The notes: generated from the sequence alone by a model not told the origin. Positions 17,689 through 27,350 are shown, numbered from the stretch's first letter. The stretch is 35,098 bases of DNA from Verrucomicrobiota bacterium (GCA_033762115.1 JANRLX010000131.1:1-35098), one strand, 5' to 3'. Numbers and translations: made by a program.

Positions 17689-20478
17689 TTACCAGAGGAA
17701 TTCGATGTTGAAGGCTGCTTCGCCAGTGGTGAATGGGATTTTGAGGAGCAGTTCCTGTTCATTATTCTGTTTCCGCACCAATGGCTCACCCGTTCCACGG
17801 ATTGTGACAGTCAGTTTGTTGTTCACCAGGAATTTTCCGGGAGCCACCTGTTCGATGACTGAACCGTTTGCGGCCCGGAAATAAAGTTCCTCCGTCGCCG
17901 GACCTTTTAATTTCAAGGAGCGCACCAGGAACGGATCGATTTCTCCCACGGTTGGAACGATCAGATCCTCGATGAGAATGTCCCGGAATTTGTAGAAGAA
18001 CATAGGCCGTCTTTGTTCATCCAGGCGGTACCCTCCCATTCGATAACCTGCCTTGATTCCAGTTTCTGTAGGCCAGGCAGTCTCCGGGTTCGGCAGCAGT
18101 GCAAAGGAAGGCCCTTTTGGCAACTGGTAAACATTGTTGCCCAAAGGAGGTTCGAACCCTTCACCTCTTCCCGTGCTGTGCCGTGAAGCATCGATGAATG
18201 CACCATGCCAGATCATTGCCAGGCGCATTTCATTCGCATCGAAAGTGATATTGGCTTTTTCCGGATAACCCACCCCGATTGCGCGTGGTCCACCTCCAGC
18301 AATAAAATTCCGGTAGATGACCGGCTCCTTCTCCACGATCAATTCCTTCCTGCCCGTGACAAGCCCATCAGGCGGTTCCGCTTCCCTTCCTTTCGAAAGA
18401 TAGACCCAAAGTGCATTGATCTGCTGGTCTGTGTTTCCATCCAGAATATCGCGATTCACCGCTACACCCTCCGGCCAGAATGATGGCATCCGGGTTCCCG
18501 GTCGTAACGCTGCGGGGTCAATCAAATATCGATGGAACCATTCCTTTTTCAATCGTCCTGCCATTTTCGTCAAATCTACGGCGGGAATGCCCAATGATTT
18601 ACGATCTCCAAAGGTGTGGCAGGAAATACAGGTCAAACCGCCACTCCCTGCAAGGCGCCGTCCGAGCTTCGATTCACGGATCGAATACTCCGGTTCAGGA
18701 AGCACCGTTCCCAAGCTGTCCACCTTGTCAAAAAGCTCCGGCAATGCCCCGGTATGTTCCACACCAAAATTCGGCATTCGCGTGGCCATGTATGGCCTGA
18801 CCGAACCGGTGCCGTTCAGGATTTCAGCAATCGCCTGCGGTTTCAGTTTCGCTCCCACCTGAGTCAGGTGCGGAGGGATACGTCCTTCATCCCCCATGTC
18901 CGTTTCTCCCAGCACATGAAAATAATTGAGCCGTTCCTCGTTCGCTCCCCCTTTTCCATCGCGCGTATGACAGGCATAACAATTAAGCGCAGCCATCGTC
19001 CTGGGAATCCGGTCCTTCTGCAGCACCGGCCTTGCAAGCTGCTCCCGGGCCTCAATGCTTCCTTTGAGCGCCGCACGTTGCTCTGGGGAAAGGTCATACC
19101 TGGGTAACCCTTTTCGGGGAGTCTCGCTCAGGCAACTGTCTTTGGAAGAAGCGTCCAGAGAAGCAAAGTCTCGCGCGCTGAAACGCTGGATTGTCTGGTC
19201 AGAGACGTCATGGCAGGAAGCACATCCCAGTGAACTGAACAATTCCCGTCCTTTCCTCAATTTTTCCGGATTCTCAGACAAAACCAACGGATTCAGGGGA
19301 ACCATCGGTTTTCCGGTATGAGTCAGCGCCGAAGCTGGAATGATCTGTTTTGATAATTCCGGGCCGGACCAGGACACCTGAAGTGAAAATTCGCCGCCAC
19401 CATTATAGTAAAGCAGCCGTACAGGATGTTCCCCGGCGGCAAGTTCCACGCTGCCACTCTTTTCTGAACCGGCATGCATTCCCCAATGATCCACGATCAA
19501 TTTGCCTCCAATCATCAAACGGGACCCGTCGTCTGAGGAAACATAAAAAGTGTAATTTCCGGTTTTTGGAACATTGATAAATCCTGTGAAGGCAAAGCCG
19601 AAATTTCCCTGACGCTTCCGAGCTTTCAGGTTGAAATGGTCCGTTTTGCCACGGGCGACAGGAGAAAGTTTTTCGAAATCCGGATCATCTTGAAATTCGG
19701 TTTCGAAATATTGATAAGCAAGACCCTCCACGCGTGCCTCGCGATTCTGCGGATCATCTATTCCGGCGGCCTGCTCCCGGCAAAGATACATCGCAATGGC
19801 GGTAGCTTCCGAATCGCTCAGGTTCAGGGAGGGCATTCTTCCCGAAGGTCGCGAATGTAACGGGTTCTTCAGAAATTGCGCCAGGTCTCCCACGCTTGTT
19901 TTGCTGCTCATTTTACTGAGCGGGATTGATGCGGCTGCAACCTTCCCGACCAGGTCACTATTGGATGTGCCTTCCAGGTTTGCTGGAAGTTCCTCCGGCC
20001 CGTGACAAGCCACGCAACCAATCGAGTGGAACAATTTGCCCCCTTCCTGAATTGCAAATGGGTCTGCCGAGACTCCTGCGGAGAGTGGCTTTTGCAGGGA
20101 TGCGAGAAAATAGGTCAACGCCTCGGCTGTGTCCTTTCGATCATCGGCGCTCATTCCATGCAACAGGTCGGGCATCACCGTGCCCGGCTTGTGCGTGAGC
20201 GGCGCAGAGATAAAGTTACTAAGAAATTGCGCTGTCACCGCCCAGCCTTCGTTTCCGAACCGTGGACCTTTTCTTGATTGAAGCCGGGACTCAATCAAGG
20301 GATCAGCCTTGTGGCAACTGATACAGTTCAACTCACCCAATAACCGCTCTCCGTAGGGAACATCACTTGGAACGGCCAGGACAGGATTGATCCGCACTTC
20401 GCCCTTTGAAACCAGAATGGTGAACAACAGCAAAACGGCCTGAAGGCAGACTTTTTGCAATCCTGATCGATGGTCCAT
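17689..20478 (-). CDS. Five-heme c-type cytochrome with an internal PA14 domain
   Basis: Signal peptide; CxxCH at 20325-20311 (CISCH), 20016-20002 (CVACH), 19224-19210 (CASCH), 18981-18967 (CYACH) and 18630-18616 (CISCH); PA14 signature ([25 protein letters not shown]...LQVSWSGP) at about 19728-19324. Confidence 0.9.
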   Translation of the reverse strand: MDHRSGLQKVCLQAVLLLFTILVSKGEVRINPVLAVPSDVPYGERLLGELNCISCHKADPLIESRLQSRKGPRFGNEGWAVTAQFLSNFISAPLTHKPGTVMPDLLHGMSADDRKDTAEALTYFLASLQKPLSAGVSADPFAIQEGGKLFHSIGCVACHGPEELPANLEGTSNSDLVGKVAAASIPLSKMSSKTSVGDLAQFLKNPLHSRPSGRMPSLNLSDSEATAIAMYLCREQAAGIDDPQNREARVEGLAYQYFETEFQDDPDFEKLSPVARGKTDHFNLKARKRQGNFGFAFTGFINVPKTGNYTFYVSSDDGSRLMIGGKLIVDHWGMHAGSEKSGSVELAAGEHPVRLLYYNGGGEFSLQVSWSGPELSKQIIPASALTHTGKPMVPLNPLVLSENPEKLRKGRELFSSLGCASCHDVSDQTIQRFSARDFASLDASSKDSCLSETPRKGLPRYDLSPEQRAALKGSIEAREQLARPVLQKDRIPRTMAALNCYACHTRDGKGGANEERLNYFHVLGETDMGDEGRIPPHLTQVGAKLKPQAIAEILNGTGSVRPYMATRMPNFGVEHTGALPELFDKVDSLGTVLPEPEYSIRESKLGRRLAGSGGLTCISCHTFGDRKSLGIPAVDLTKMAGRLKKEWFHRYLIDPAALRPGTRMPSFWPEGVAVNRDILDGNTDQQINALWVYLSKGREAEPPDGLVTGRKELIVEKEPVIYRNFIAGGGPRAIGVGYPEKANITFDANEMRLAMIWHGAFIDASRHSTGRGEGFEPPLGNNVYQLPKGPSFALLPNPETAWPTETGIKAGYRMGGYRLDEQRRPMFFYKFRDILIEDLIVPTVGEIDPFLVRSLKLKGPATEELYFRAANGSVIEQVAPGKFLVNNKLTVTIRGTGEPLVRKQNNEQELLLKIPFTTGEAAFNIEFLW

Positions 20479-20551
20479 GTCACTCAGTTAACCAGAGGTT
20501 GTTCTGGTTGCGAAATCTTTTTTGAAGTTGTCGATTCGATTTCGCTCAAAC

Positions 20552-21898
20552 TCAAATCCGCTCGAAATAGCGCATTTTTTCCCAATCCGTCACCGCGTCC
20601 GCAAATGCCTGAATTTCCAGCCGCGCGGTATGCACATAAAATTCCACGACTTCAGGCGAAAACACCCGTTTCGCCAATTCACTTCGCGCCAGCAAATCTG
20701 CTGCTTCTGCAAGATTTGCAGGCAACGCTTTCAATCCTGAGTCCACATACGCATTCCCATGATACACCTGCCCGCAATCCAGTTTCTCTTCAATACCTGC
20801 CAGCCCTGCCGCAATCGTCGCTGCAAAGGCGAGGTAAGGATTTGCATCCGCTCCCGGCATCCGGTTTTCAATGCGAAAGCCATTGCCTTTTCCAACGACG
20901 CGAAAACCGGCTGTCCGATTATCAAAGGCCCATGCCATCTTTGTCGGGGCCCAGCTGCCCGGTTGATATCGTTTGTAAGCATTGATCGTGGGAGCGAAAA
21001 AACAGGCGAATTCCGGGACATATTTCATCAATCCGCCCAAAAATTGCCGGAACAGCAGCGAACCCTCTTTTTTCTCTTTTTCCCAAAACCGGTTCTCTCC
21101 ATCTTTCCAGAGGCTCACATGGATATGGCAGCTGCTCCCGGCATCTCCAGCTGATGGTTTCGCCATGAAGGTCACGCATTTTCCATGCTTCATCGCCAGT
21201 TCTTTCATCCCATGCTTGAAGACCACATGCATGTCCGCCATCGGCAACGGATCATCATAAACAAAATTCACTTCATGCTGCCCCCGTCCCCATTCCCCCT
21301 TGCTCGATTCCACCGGGACTCTCGCGACCTCCATGAGGTTCCGTACATCACGAAAAAGCGGTTCCTCAAGCGTGGGTTGCAAGATGTGATAATCGATCCT
21401 GTAATCGCTCGCCGCAGTCAGCTTTGAATATCCGTTCGTGAATGCATCATGAAAAGTCTGGTGATAAAGAAAAAACTCCAGTTCGCTGGCAATCTTGCAA
21501 ACCAGCCCTGCTTCGCTCAATCGATCCAGTTGTCGGCGCAGGACCGATCTTGGCGCTTCCACGACCGGTCGTTTTTCCTCATGCAACGCATCGCAAATCA
21601 CCAGCGCTGTTGCAGGCTGCCAGGGCAATAAACGAATCGTCTCCACGTCCGGCACCAATTCGTAATCCCCGAACCCAGCTTCCCAATTGGCCAGCCGAAA
21701 GCCGTTCATTGGCTCCATTTCGATATTAACCGTCAGCAGGTAATTGCATCCATGGGTGCCATGATCCGCGATGCTTTGCTTGTAATATTTCGCCGCGAAA
21801 CGCTTCCCGACCAATCGCCCAAAAACATCGGGAAACGCCACAATAACCGTATCAATCTCTCCCGAATCGATCTTTTGAATCAGCTCAGATGCTTTCAC
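20552..21898 (-). CDS. Glutamine-synthetase-like gamma-glutamyl-amine ligase
   Basis: ELEFF, EWGRGQHE, GSSCHIHVSL, NAYKRY, DNRTAGFR, IENRMPGADANPYLA; GSWAP in place of the true-GS GYEAP. GTG at 21898 is 1 nt after the ALDH stop (ORF open to 21910). Confidence 0.9.
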   Translation of the reverse strand: MKASELIQKIDSGEIDTVIVAFPDVFGRLVGKRFAAKYYKQSIADHGTHGCNYLLTVNIEMEPMNGFRLANWEAGFGDYELVPDVETIRLLPWQPATALVICDALHEEKRPVVEAPRSVLRRQLDRLSEAGLVCKIASELEFFLYHQTFHDAFTNGYSKLTAASDYRIDYHILQPTLEEPLFRDVRNLMEVARVPVESSKGEWGRGQHEVNFVYDDPLPMADMHVVFKHGMKELAMKHGKCVTFMAKPSAGDAGSSCHIHVSLWKDGENRFWEKEKKEGSLLFRQFLGGLMKYVPEFACFFAPTINAYKRYQPGSWAPTKMAWAFDNRTAGFRVVGKGNGFRIENRMPGADANPYLAFAATIAAGLAGIEEKLDCGQVYHGNAYVDSGLKALPANLAEAADLLARSELAKRVFSPEVVEFYVHTARLEIQAFADAVTDWEKMRYFERI

Positions 21899-21899
21899 A

Positions 21900-23333
21900 T
21901 CAGGTCCCAAAATAAATGTTTTTCAATTCCGAATATCCCTCAAGCGCCTGCATTCCCAGGTCTCTTCCGATCCCGCTCATTTTAAATCCACCAAAAGGCG
22001 CCTCCACATGAACGCTGCTGTGTGAATTCACGCTCAGGACTCCGCTCTCCACCGCTCGTGAAACACGCAAGGCCCGCTTCACGTCATTGGTCCAGATCGA
22101 ACCACTCAAGCCATAGGGAGAACTATTCACTTCCCTCAACATCTCCTCCTCCGTATCGAAGGGTCGAATGCAGACGACCGGGCCGAAAACCTCCTCTTTC
22201 CAGACAGGCTCTTCGACCGAGGGCTCAAGCACCACCATCGGTGAAAGGTAAGCCCCATTCAAATACGGACGGTCTCCGCCACAGGCGACTTTCCCGCTTC
22301 CTTTTCGAGCCCCTTGAACGAAATGTTCCACTGTTTGTCGATGCTTTGCTGAAACCAGTGGTCCGACCTGCGTTTCATCACTTTCCGGATCTCCCACGCG
22401 CAGCAGTTTCGTTGCCTCGACGAATGCCTCCACAAATTTCTTGTAAGCCGCCCGTTCCACAAAAACACGACTGCGTGCGCAACAATCCTGCCCCGCATTG
22501 GCAAAAACACTCATGGGTGAAGTCTGCGCTGCCTCCATGACATTGGCGTCCGCAAATATGATATTTGGAGATTTTCCGCCCAGCTCCAGGGAAATCCGTT
22601 TCAATCCCGGCGCTGCCAGCGCCATGATTCGCGACCCGATCTCTGTTGAGCCCGTAAATGAAATTTTACGAATCAAGGGGTGGGTGACCAACGCATCTCC
22701 CAGCTCACTGCCGGATCCCGCAACCACCTGCAACACTCCTGGCGGCAACCCGGCTTCCACCGCAAGCTGTCCCAGCATCAATGCCGTCACTGGCGAGAGG
22801 CTGGCTGGCTTCAGCACCACGCAATTGCCAGCGGCGAGCGCAGGGGCGACCTTCCAGCATGCAATAGGAAAGGGGAAATTCCAGGGGACAATCGCTGTCA
22901 CCACTCCCATCGGCTGCCTCAACGCAATGTCCAGTCCTCCTTTCGAAACTGGAATTGTCTGGCCGAAAAAGCGGGTCACCGCTCCCGCATAGTATTCGAA
23001 AATTTTCGCTCCCAATCCAATTTCATCCCGTGCATCGGCAATCGGTTTGCCAATGTTTTCTGTTTCGAGTGCGGCCAGCAGTTCCTTCTTTTCTCGAATT
23101 TTCGCCGCAACATTAAAAAGGATTTCTGTTCGCTTTCCCGGACTTAAATCTCTCCAACCACCCTCAAATGCCCGATGCGCACCCTCGATTGCCTCGATTG
23201 CGGTGCTGACTGAGGCGCCCCTGATCTCCAGGAATTTTTTCTCGGTCGCCGGATTGACCAGTTCCATCACTACGCCCCCTGGTGAAGCGTGAAATTTCCC
23301 GTTGATAAATACGCTCTCCGGGTGGCTGTTCAT
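21900..23333 (-). CDS. NAD(P)-dependent aldehyde dehydrogenase
   Basis: IVPWNFP, FTGSTEIG, LELGGKSP, NAGQDCCA, EEVFGPV, PFGGFKMSGIGR. Confidence 0.96.
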   Translation of the reverse strand: MNSHPESVFINGKFHASPGGVVMELVNPATEKKFLEIRGASVSTAIEAIEGAHRAFEGGWRDLSPGKRTEILFNVAAKIREKKELLAALETENIGKPIADARDEIGLGAKIFEYYAGAVTRFFGQTIPVSKGGLDIALRQPMGVVTAIVPWNFPFPIACWKVAPALAAGNCVVLKPASLSPVTALMLGQLAVEAGLPPGVLQVVAGSGSELGDALVTHPLIRKISFTGSTEIGSRIMALAAPGLKRISLELGGKSPNIIFADANVMEAAQTSPMSVFANAGQDCCARSRVFVERAAYKKFVEAFVEATKLLRVGDPESDETQVGPLVSAKHRQTVEHFVQGARKGSGKVACGGDRPYLNGAYLSPMVVLEPSVEEPVWKEEVFGPVVCIRPFDTEEEMLREVNSSPYGLSGSIWTNDVKRALRVSRAVESGVLSVNSHSSVHVEAPFGGFKMSGIGRDLGMQALEGYSELKNIYFGT

Positions 23334-24487
23334 AATGCCTTTAAATAAAGTTCACGCAGATCCTCTTTGCTGATGGGAACCGGATTGGTCAAATGGCAGG
23401 GGTCTTCCCATGCCTGTTCCACAAGCTTGGGAATATGCTCCTCCGTCACCCGCTCCACCCGCAACCCATGCCCCAGGTTCAACTCATTCAAAAACCTGCT
23501 GATGAACGCCAGCGTGACCTGGTCTGCATCCGTATCACGCATCCTCATGACATCCAATCCGCATGCCAGCCCCACCCGTCGGTACAAACCTGGCTTCCGT
23601 TCCGCATTCAACTGCATCACGAATGGCAGGCACAGTGCGTTTGCCAGGCCATGATGCAACCCGCACACTGTCGAAAGCGGATGCGCCAGGGAATGTGTTG
23701 CCCCGAGGTCCTTTTGAAAGGCCACCGCGCCCATCGCCGCAGCCATGAGCATCTTCCCTCGAGCATCCAGGTCGCTCCCATCTCGAAAAACCTTCGGCAA
23801 CGCCTCCACACATAAGCGGATTCCCTCCAGTGCGATCCCATCGCACATCGGGTGAAACGAAGGACAGGTAAAAGATTCAATGCAATGAGTCAGCGCATCG
23901 ACACCTGTCGCGGCCGTTAATTTTGCGGGCAATCCACGTGTCAGCACCGGATCGAGAATGACGCAATCCGCCAGCAGCTTTGGTGTGAAAAGAACTGCCT
24001 TTCGTCCCGTCGCTTTCAATGTCACCACTGAACTTCGCCCCACTTCGCTTCCTGTTCCGGCAGTTGTGGGAATGCAAATGCATGGCGCCATTCCGGACCA
24101 GTCTGCCTTCCAATCAAAATTCTCAAAGGTCATGCCAGGCTGTTTCAGCAGCAGCCGAATGGCTTTCCCTGCATCCAGTGCGCTTCCCCCTCCGATCGCC
24201 ACCACTCCATTGCAGTTACCCTGCCGATACGCTTCCGCCCCATCCACGACATCCTGTTCGATGGGATTGGGACGCACTGAGGAAAAGAGAAACCACTTTC
24301 CTGTTTCCATCGGGCCGAGCGCGCGTTGCAGCAACGTGAACGCTTCTGTTTTAAGCAATCCGGGATCAGTCACCACCAACGGCCTCGTGACGCCCAGTGC
24401 GTCCAACCGCTGCGGAAGTAATTCGATGGTGCCACTGCCAAACAAAATCAAGGTGGGAAACGAAAACGTTGCAATCGGCTGCGTCAT
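23330..24487 (-). CDS. Iron-containing alcohol dehydrogenase
   Basis: SD GAAGGAG before ATG 24487; GGGSALDAGK, PTTAGTGSEVG, DALTHCIE, HSLAH, HHGLANA; 4-nt overlap with the ALDH start. Confidence 0.95.
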   Translation of the reverse strand: MTQPIATFSFPTLILFGSGTIELLPQRLDALGVTRPLVVTDPGLLKTEAFTLLQRALGPMETGKWFLFSSVRPNPIEQDVVDGAEAYRQGNCNGVVAIGGGSALDAGKAIRLLLKQPGMTFENFDWKADWSGMAPCICIPTTAGTGSEVGRSSVVTLKATGRKAVLFTPKLLADCVILDPVLTRGLPAKLTAATGVDALTHCIESFTCPSFHPMCDGIALEGIRLCVEALPKVFRDGSDLDARGKMLMAAAMGAVAFQKDLGATHSLAHPLSTVCGLHHGLANALCLPFVMQLNAERKPGLYRRVGLACGLDVMRMRDTDADQVTLAFISRFLNELNLGHGLRVERVTEEHIPKLVEQAWEDPCHLTNPVPISKEDLRELYLKAL

Positions 24488-24512
24488 AACTCCTTCAATG
24501 ACCGACCCGTTC

Positions 24513-24541
24513 AGTGTAGGAAGACATCTCCAGTTTGGCAA
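24513..24541 (-). promoter_or_regulatory. Sigma70-type promoter of the ADH-ALDH-ligase operon
   Basis: TTGCCA (24541-24536), 17-nt spacer, TACACT (24518-24513). Confidence 0.65.
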
Positions 24542-24578
24542 CCACAGCCGAACCTTCTCTTTATTTTATTGCTCGAAT

Positions 24579-26465
24579 TTATCTGGTTCCCGAATCCGGA
24601 TCGAGCTTTACCACATAGGCAGATTCAGGTGCTGATTCCGGCAACCGCTTCATCTTGATCTCTCCAATCACAGATCCTGGATGACGTTTCAGCCATGAAT
24701 CAATCGTTTTTTCACTGGTCGTCGCGATTGCTGAGGGCTCCACGAGAACGAAGTTCAGCCCCGCGGGTCTTTGAAAGGTGATCTCATTGGTTGGATTGAT
24801 CCAAACCACTTTGCGGTTTTCCGCGGAGCGCCACAATACCGCTTCCTTCATGCCATCAATGGCGGTATAGGCTACAATCTTCTCCGAATCAGGGATCAAT
24901 TGTCTGAGTTGGTGAGAGACTGTGCCAAGTTGATTAAAAAAGGCATAAGAATTATGCACTTTACGGATAAACCGACTCTCAGGAAAACGCTCGACCAGCT
25001 TCGCTGTGACAGCAGCAGCTGGCCAAAAAGGGCGTTGTCGTGAAATGGAGAGAAGGGCAATGGTAAGAACCAGAGTGCCAAAAGCCGCCTTACGCCACCA
25101 TCGCGTGGTGATGATTATGGATTGCCTTGGCAAAACCAGAAATGGAGCCAATAAAAATGGATAATAAGGTGCCATGTAGCGCGCGGCCTGCATTAACCCG
25201 GATTTTGCCATGAATGACGCCGCTGCGATAAAAGAAGACCAGCGAATAAATTTCAGATAAAATTCCCCCGGAGCTGCTGCACAGAAGTGCTTTGAAAGGA
25301 TCAATTTACCCAAGGTGCACATCAACAGAACTGTCAGGCCAAAACCAAGTCCGGCATTAATTTCGTTTGGTGCTCTCCAGAGGGTCATGAAAGATTCAAA
25401 GGATTTAAACTGATTTCCAAACGAGGATTGAACAAACTGGCGCATTAATTCGTTCCATGCGTCAGCATAGGGAAATATCGGCGGTTGAAGATTTTGGGCA
25501 AAAATACAAAGTACATTTCCAATAATTCCCCAAAAAGCTGAGTCCTGTTCGTAATCAGTCTGGAAGCCTTTCCAGGAACCAGTATATCGGATGTTAGCCA
25601 GTATGATAAAGAGGGGTGAGCAGAGGATCGCAACCATCGTTGAGGTCAGGGCCAGCAACGGTTTTCTCAGGAGCAGTTTGAGCCCTAAAAATAAGGGAAT
25701 AATCCAGATAATCCCGAGTGGGAGGTTAACCTGCTTGACTCCTGCCAAAAAACCTGCGGCGGCAATGGACAGGCAAAGATCTTCTGCTCGATTGTATCTG
25801 AGTCCATAGAGCGCCAGCACAACTGCGGCCAGGGCTGCTGTAGCTGAAAAACCATCAGTCGCCACGCTGCTGGCTTGCATGGCATAAATAAAACCGCCGG
25901 GGAGCAACCACATCCACCACCAGGCTACTTTGCGCTGCCCTCCGACTAATCGCAAAAAGGTGTAGATCAAACCTGGCAAGAGCAGGTATGCCGAAAAGGA
26001 AATCAGAAAAAGAACCCGAAAACTGTCAAAAAAATGAAGCAGTGGAGCGCAGAGGAATTCGTAGTTGCAACCCACCACGTTCAGTCGCTCATCTGCGGTT
26101 TGAATCCAATGCCATTGCCCTTCACTCAACCAATGGAGTGCTCGGGGAATGCGATAGGAGATGGAATCGCCATTACTAACCTCATTTAAAGCTCCACCCA
26201 GAAAATTGAGTAAAACGATCACCAAAAACATCAATGGCAATGGTTTGCGAAACCTGTGTCCAATCTTTACAAGAGTTCTTGCTCCGGCATTGAACGACCA
26301 TTTCTGGTTAACAGCCCAGATGACAAGAAGGCTCAGCTGAACTGAAAAAAGGAGAACGTATCCGGTGGTGTTTAAAAGTTTGAAAAAAGACAATATCCAG
26401 CTCCCCGCCGTCAGCGTGGAAACCAAAATCACCCAGAGCCTTACAAAATCCAGAGCGTTCTTCAA
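24579..26465 (-). CDS. Polytopic membrane protein, probable GT-C-fold glycosyltransferase
   Basis: More than 10 hydrophobic segments; early loop NGDSISYRIPRALHW with an acidic residue; AGVKQ and RYMAPYY motifs; soluble C-terminal domain. Function is inferred. Confidence 0.6.
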   Translation of the reverse strand: MKNALDFVRLWVILVSTLTAGSWILSFFKLLNTTGYVLLFSVQLSLLVIWAVNQKWSFNAGARTLVKIGHRFRKPLPLMFLVIVLLNFLGGALNEVSNGDSISYRIPRALHWLSEGQWHWIQTADERLNVVGCNYEFLCAPLLHFFDSFRVLFLISFSAYLLLPGLIYTFLRLVGGQRKVAWWWMWLLPGGFIYAMQASSVATDGFSATAALAAVVLALYGLRYNRAEDLCLSIAAAGFLAGVKQVNLPLGIIWIIPLFLGLKLLLRKPLLALTSTMVAILCSPLFIILANIRYTGSWKGFQTDYEQDSAFWGIIGNVLCIFAQNLQPPIFPYADAWNELMRQFVQSSFGNQFKSFESFMTLWRAPNEINAGLGFGLTVLLMCTLGKLILSKHFCAAAPGEFYLKFIRWSSFIAAASFMAKSGLMQAARYMAPYYPFLLAPFLVLPRQSIIITTRWWRKAAFGTLVLTIALLSISRQRPFWPAAAVTAKLVERFPESRFIRKVHNSYAFFNQLGTVSHQLRQLIPDSEKIVAYTAIDGMKEAVLWRSAENRKVVWINPTNEITFQRPAGLNFVLVEPSAIATTSEKTIDSWLKRHPGSVIGEIKMKRLPESAPESAYVVKLDPDSGTR

Positions 26466-26634
26466 ATAGTGCTGAACTCAGCGAATAGTTCAAATCAGGA
26501 TGAATTTGGACAATAAAAAAATCGAGCATAATGTCCCCCACAATTCTTTGGGTCAGAAAATTGGGCAGAGGCAAAGCTTGCAATCCCACTGTTTGCTCTC
26601 AGCCGCGGCACTGGAAAATAATTGAAAAAGAAAC

Positions 26635-26663
26635 TTGCTCTCAAAAAGAGAGACGCCTATATT
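26635..26663 (+). promoter_or_regulatory. Promoter of rpmI-rplT
   Basis: TTGCTC (26635-26640), 17-nt spacer, TATATT (26658-26663), with an A-rich UP-like tract upstream. Confidence 0.65.
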
Positions 26664-26693
26664 TCGCGCTCTTTTTAACGAGACTTTAGAATT

Positions 26694-26903
26694 ATGCGTC
26701 GTCCCAAAGGAATTAAAACCCGCAAGGCTGTGGCCAAACGGTTTAAGATCACGGGCACTGGCAAAGCTGTCCGCTCACGCGCTGGCAAACGCCATTTGCT
26801 CGCTGGCAAGAGCCCCAACCGCCGTCGCTCTCTTGGGACTTCCAAGCTTGTGGACAAGACCGACACTTATCGGATTACCCAGAATCTCCCATTTAGCCAT
26901 TAA
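26694..26903 (+). CDS. rpmI: 50S ribosomal protein L35
   Basis: KTRKAVAKRFKITGTGK...KRHLLAGKSPNRRRSL; directly upstream of rplT. Confidence 0.97.
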   Translation: MRRPKGIKTRKAVAKRFKITGTGKAVRSRAGKRHLLAGKSPNRRRSLGTSKLVDKTDTYRITQNLPFSH

Positions 26904-26911
26904 TTTGTCCT

Positions 26912-27286
26912 ATGCGCGTCACTAACGCTCCAGCCTCCCGTAAACGCCGTATCCGTACACTGAAAGCCGCCAAAGGCTTCCGGATGCGCCGTTCCAAACT
27001 TTATCGTTATGCCGCGGATGCCCTCGATCATGGCCGGCAATATGCCTATCGTGATCGCAAGACCAAAAAGCGCAATTTTCGCGCCCTGTGGCAAATCCGC
27101 ATCAACGCCGCCGCCCGTGCTGCAGGCCTGACTTACAGCCGCTTCATGGAAGGAATGAAAGCCGCCAAAATTGAGCTGGATCGCAAGGTCCTGGCTGACA
27201 TTGCAGCAACCGACAATGCTGCATTTACTGAGTTGGTCCGGCTCGCTCAGGAGGCGTTGAAGAGCAAGGCCACTGCCAAGGCTTAA
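26912..27286 (+). CDS. rplT: 50S ribosomal protein L20
   Basis: AKGF..RS, YAYRDRKTKKRNFRALWQIRINAAAR, YSRFM, LDRKVLADIA. Confidence 0.98.
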   Translation: MRVTNAPASRKRRIRTLKAAKGFRMRRSKLYRYAADALDHGRQYAYRDRKTKKRNFRALWQIRINAAARAAGLTYSRFMEGMKAAKIELDRKVLADIAATDNAAFTELVRLAQEALKSKATAKA

Positions 27287-27306
27287 TTCTCGTTTCCCAA
27301 ATTTTA

Positions 27307-27344
27307 GCGGGCGACCAAATTCATTTGGCCGCCCGTTTTCTTTT
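27307..27344 (+). terminator. Intrinsic terminator between rplT and pheS
   Basis: CGGGCG-a-CCAAA / TTTGG-c-CGCCCG stem with TTCA loop, followed by TTTTCTTTT. Confidence 0.75.
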
Positions 27345-27350
27345 ACTCCC

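Noticed and set aside
20479..20520. Leaderless promoter for the cytochrome gene (TTCGCA-17-TTAACT-7-ATG) with an AACCAGA/TCTGGTT inverted repeat
   Set aside because: Both hexamers match the consensus too weakly to call; the repeat may simply be a weak terminator of the upstream operon.
20552..21898. Calling the GS-family gene glnA
   Set aside because: It lacks the GYEAP flap, and its ADH/ALDH context points to a gamma-glutamyl-amine ligase.
14332..24487. The two Fe-ADH genes as a recent duplication
   Set aside because: They are divergent outside family motifs, differ at a metal-ligand position and sit in different operons.
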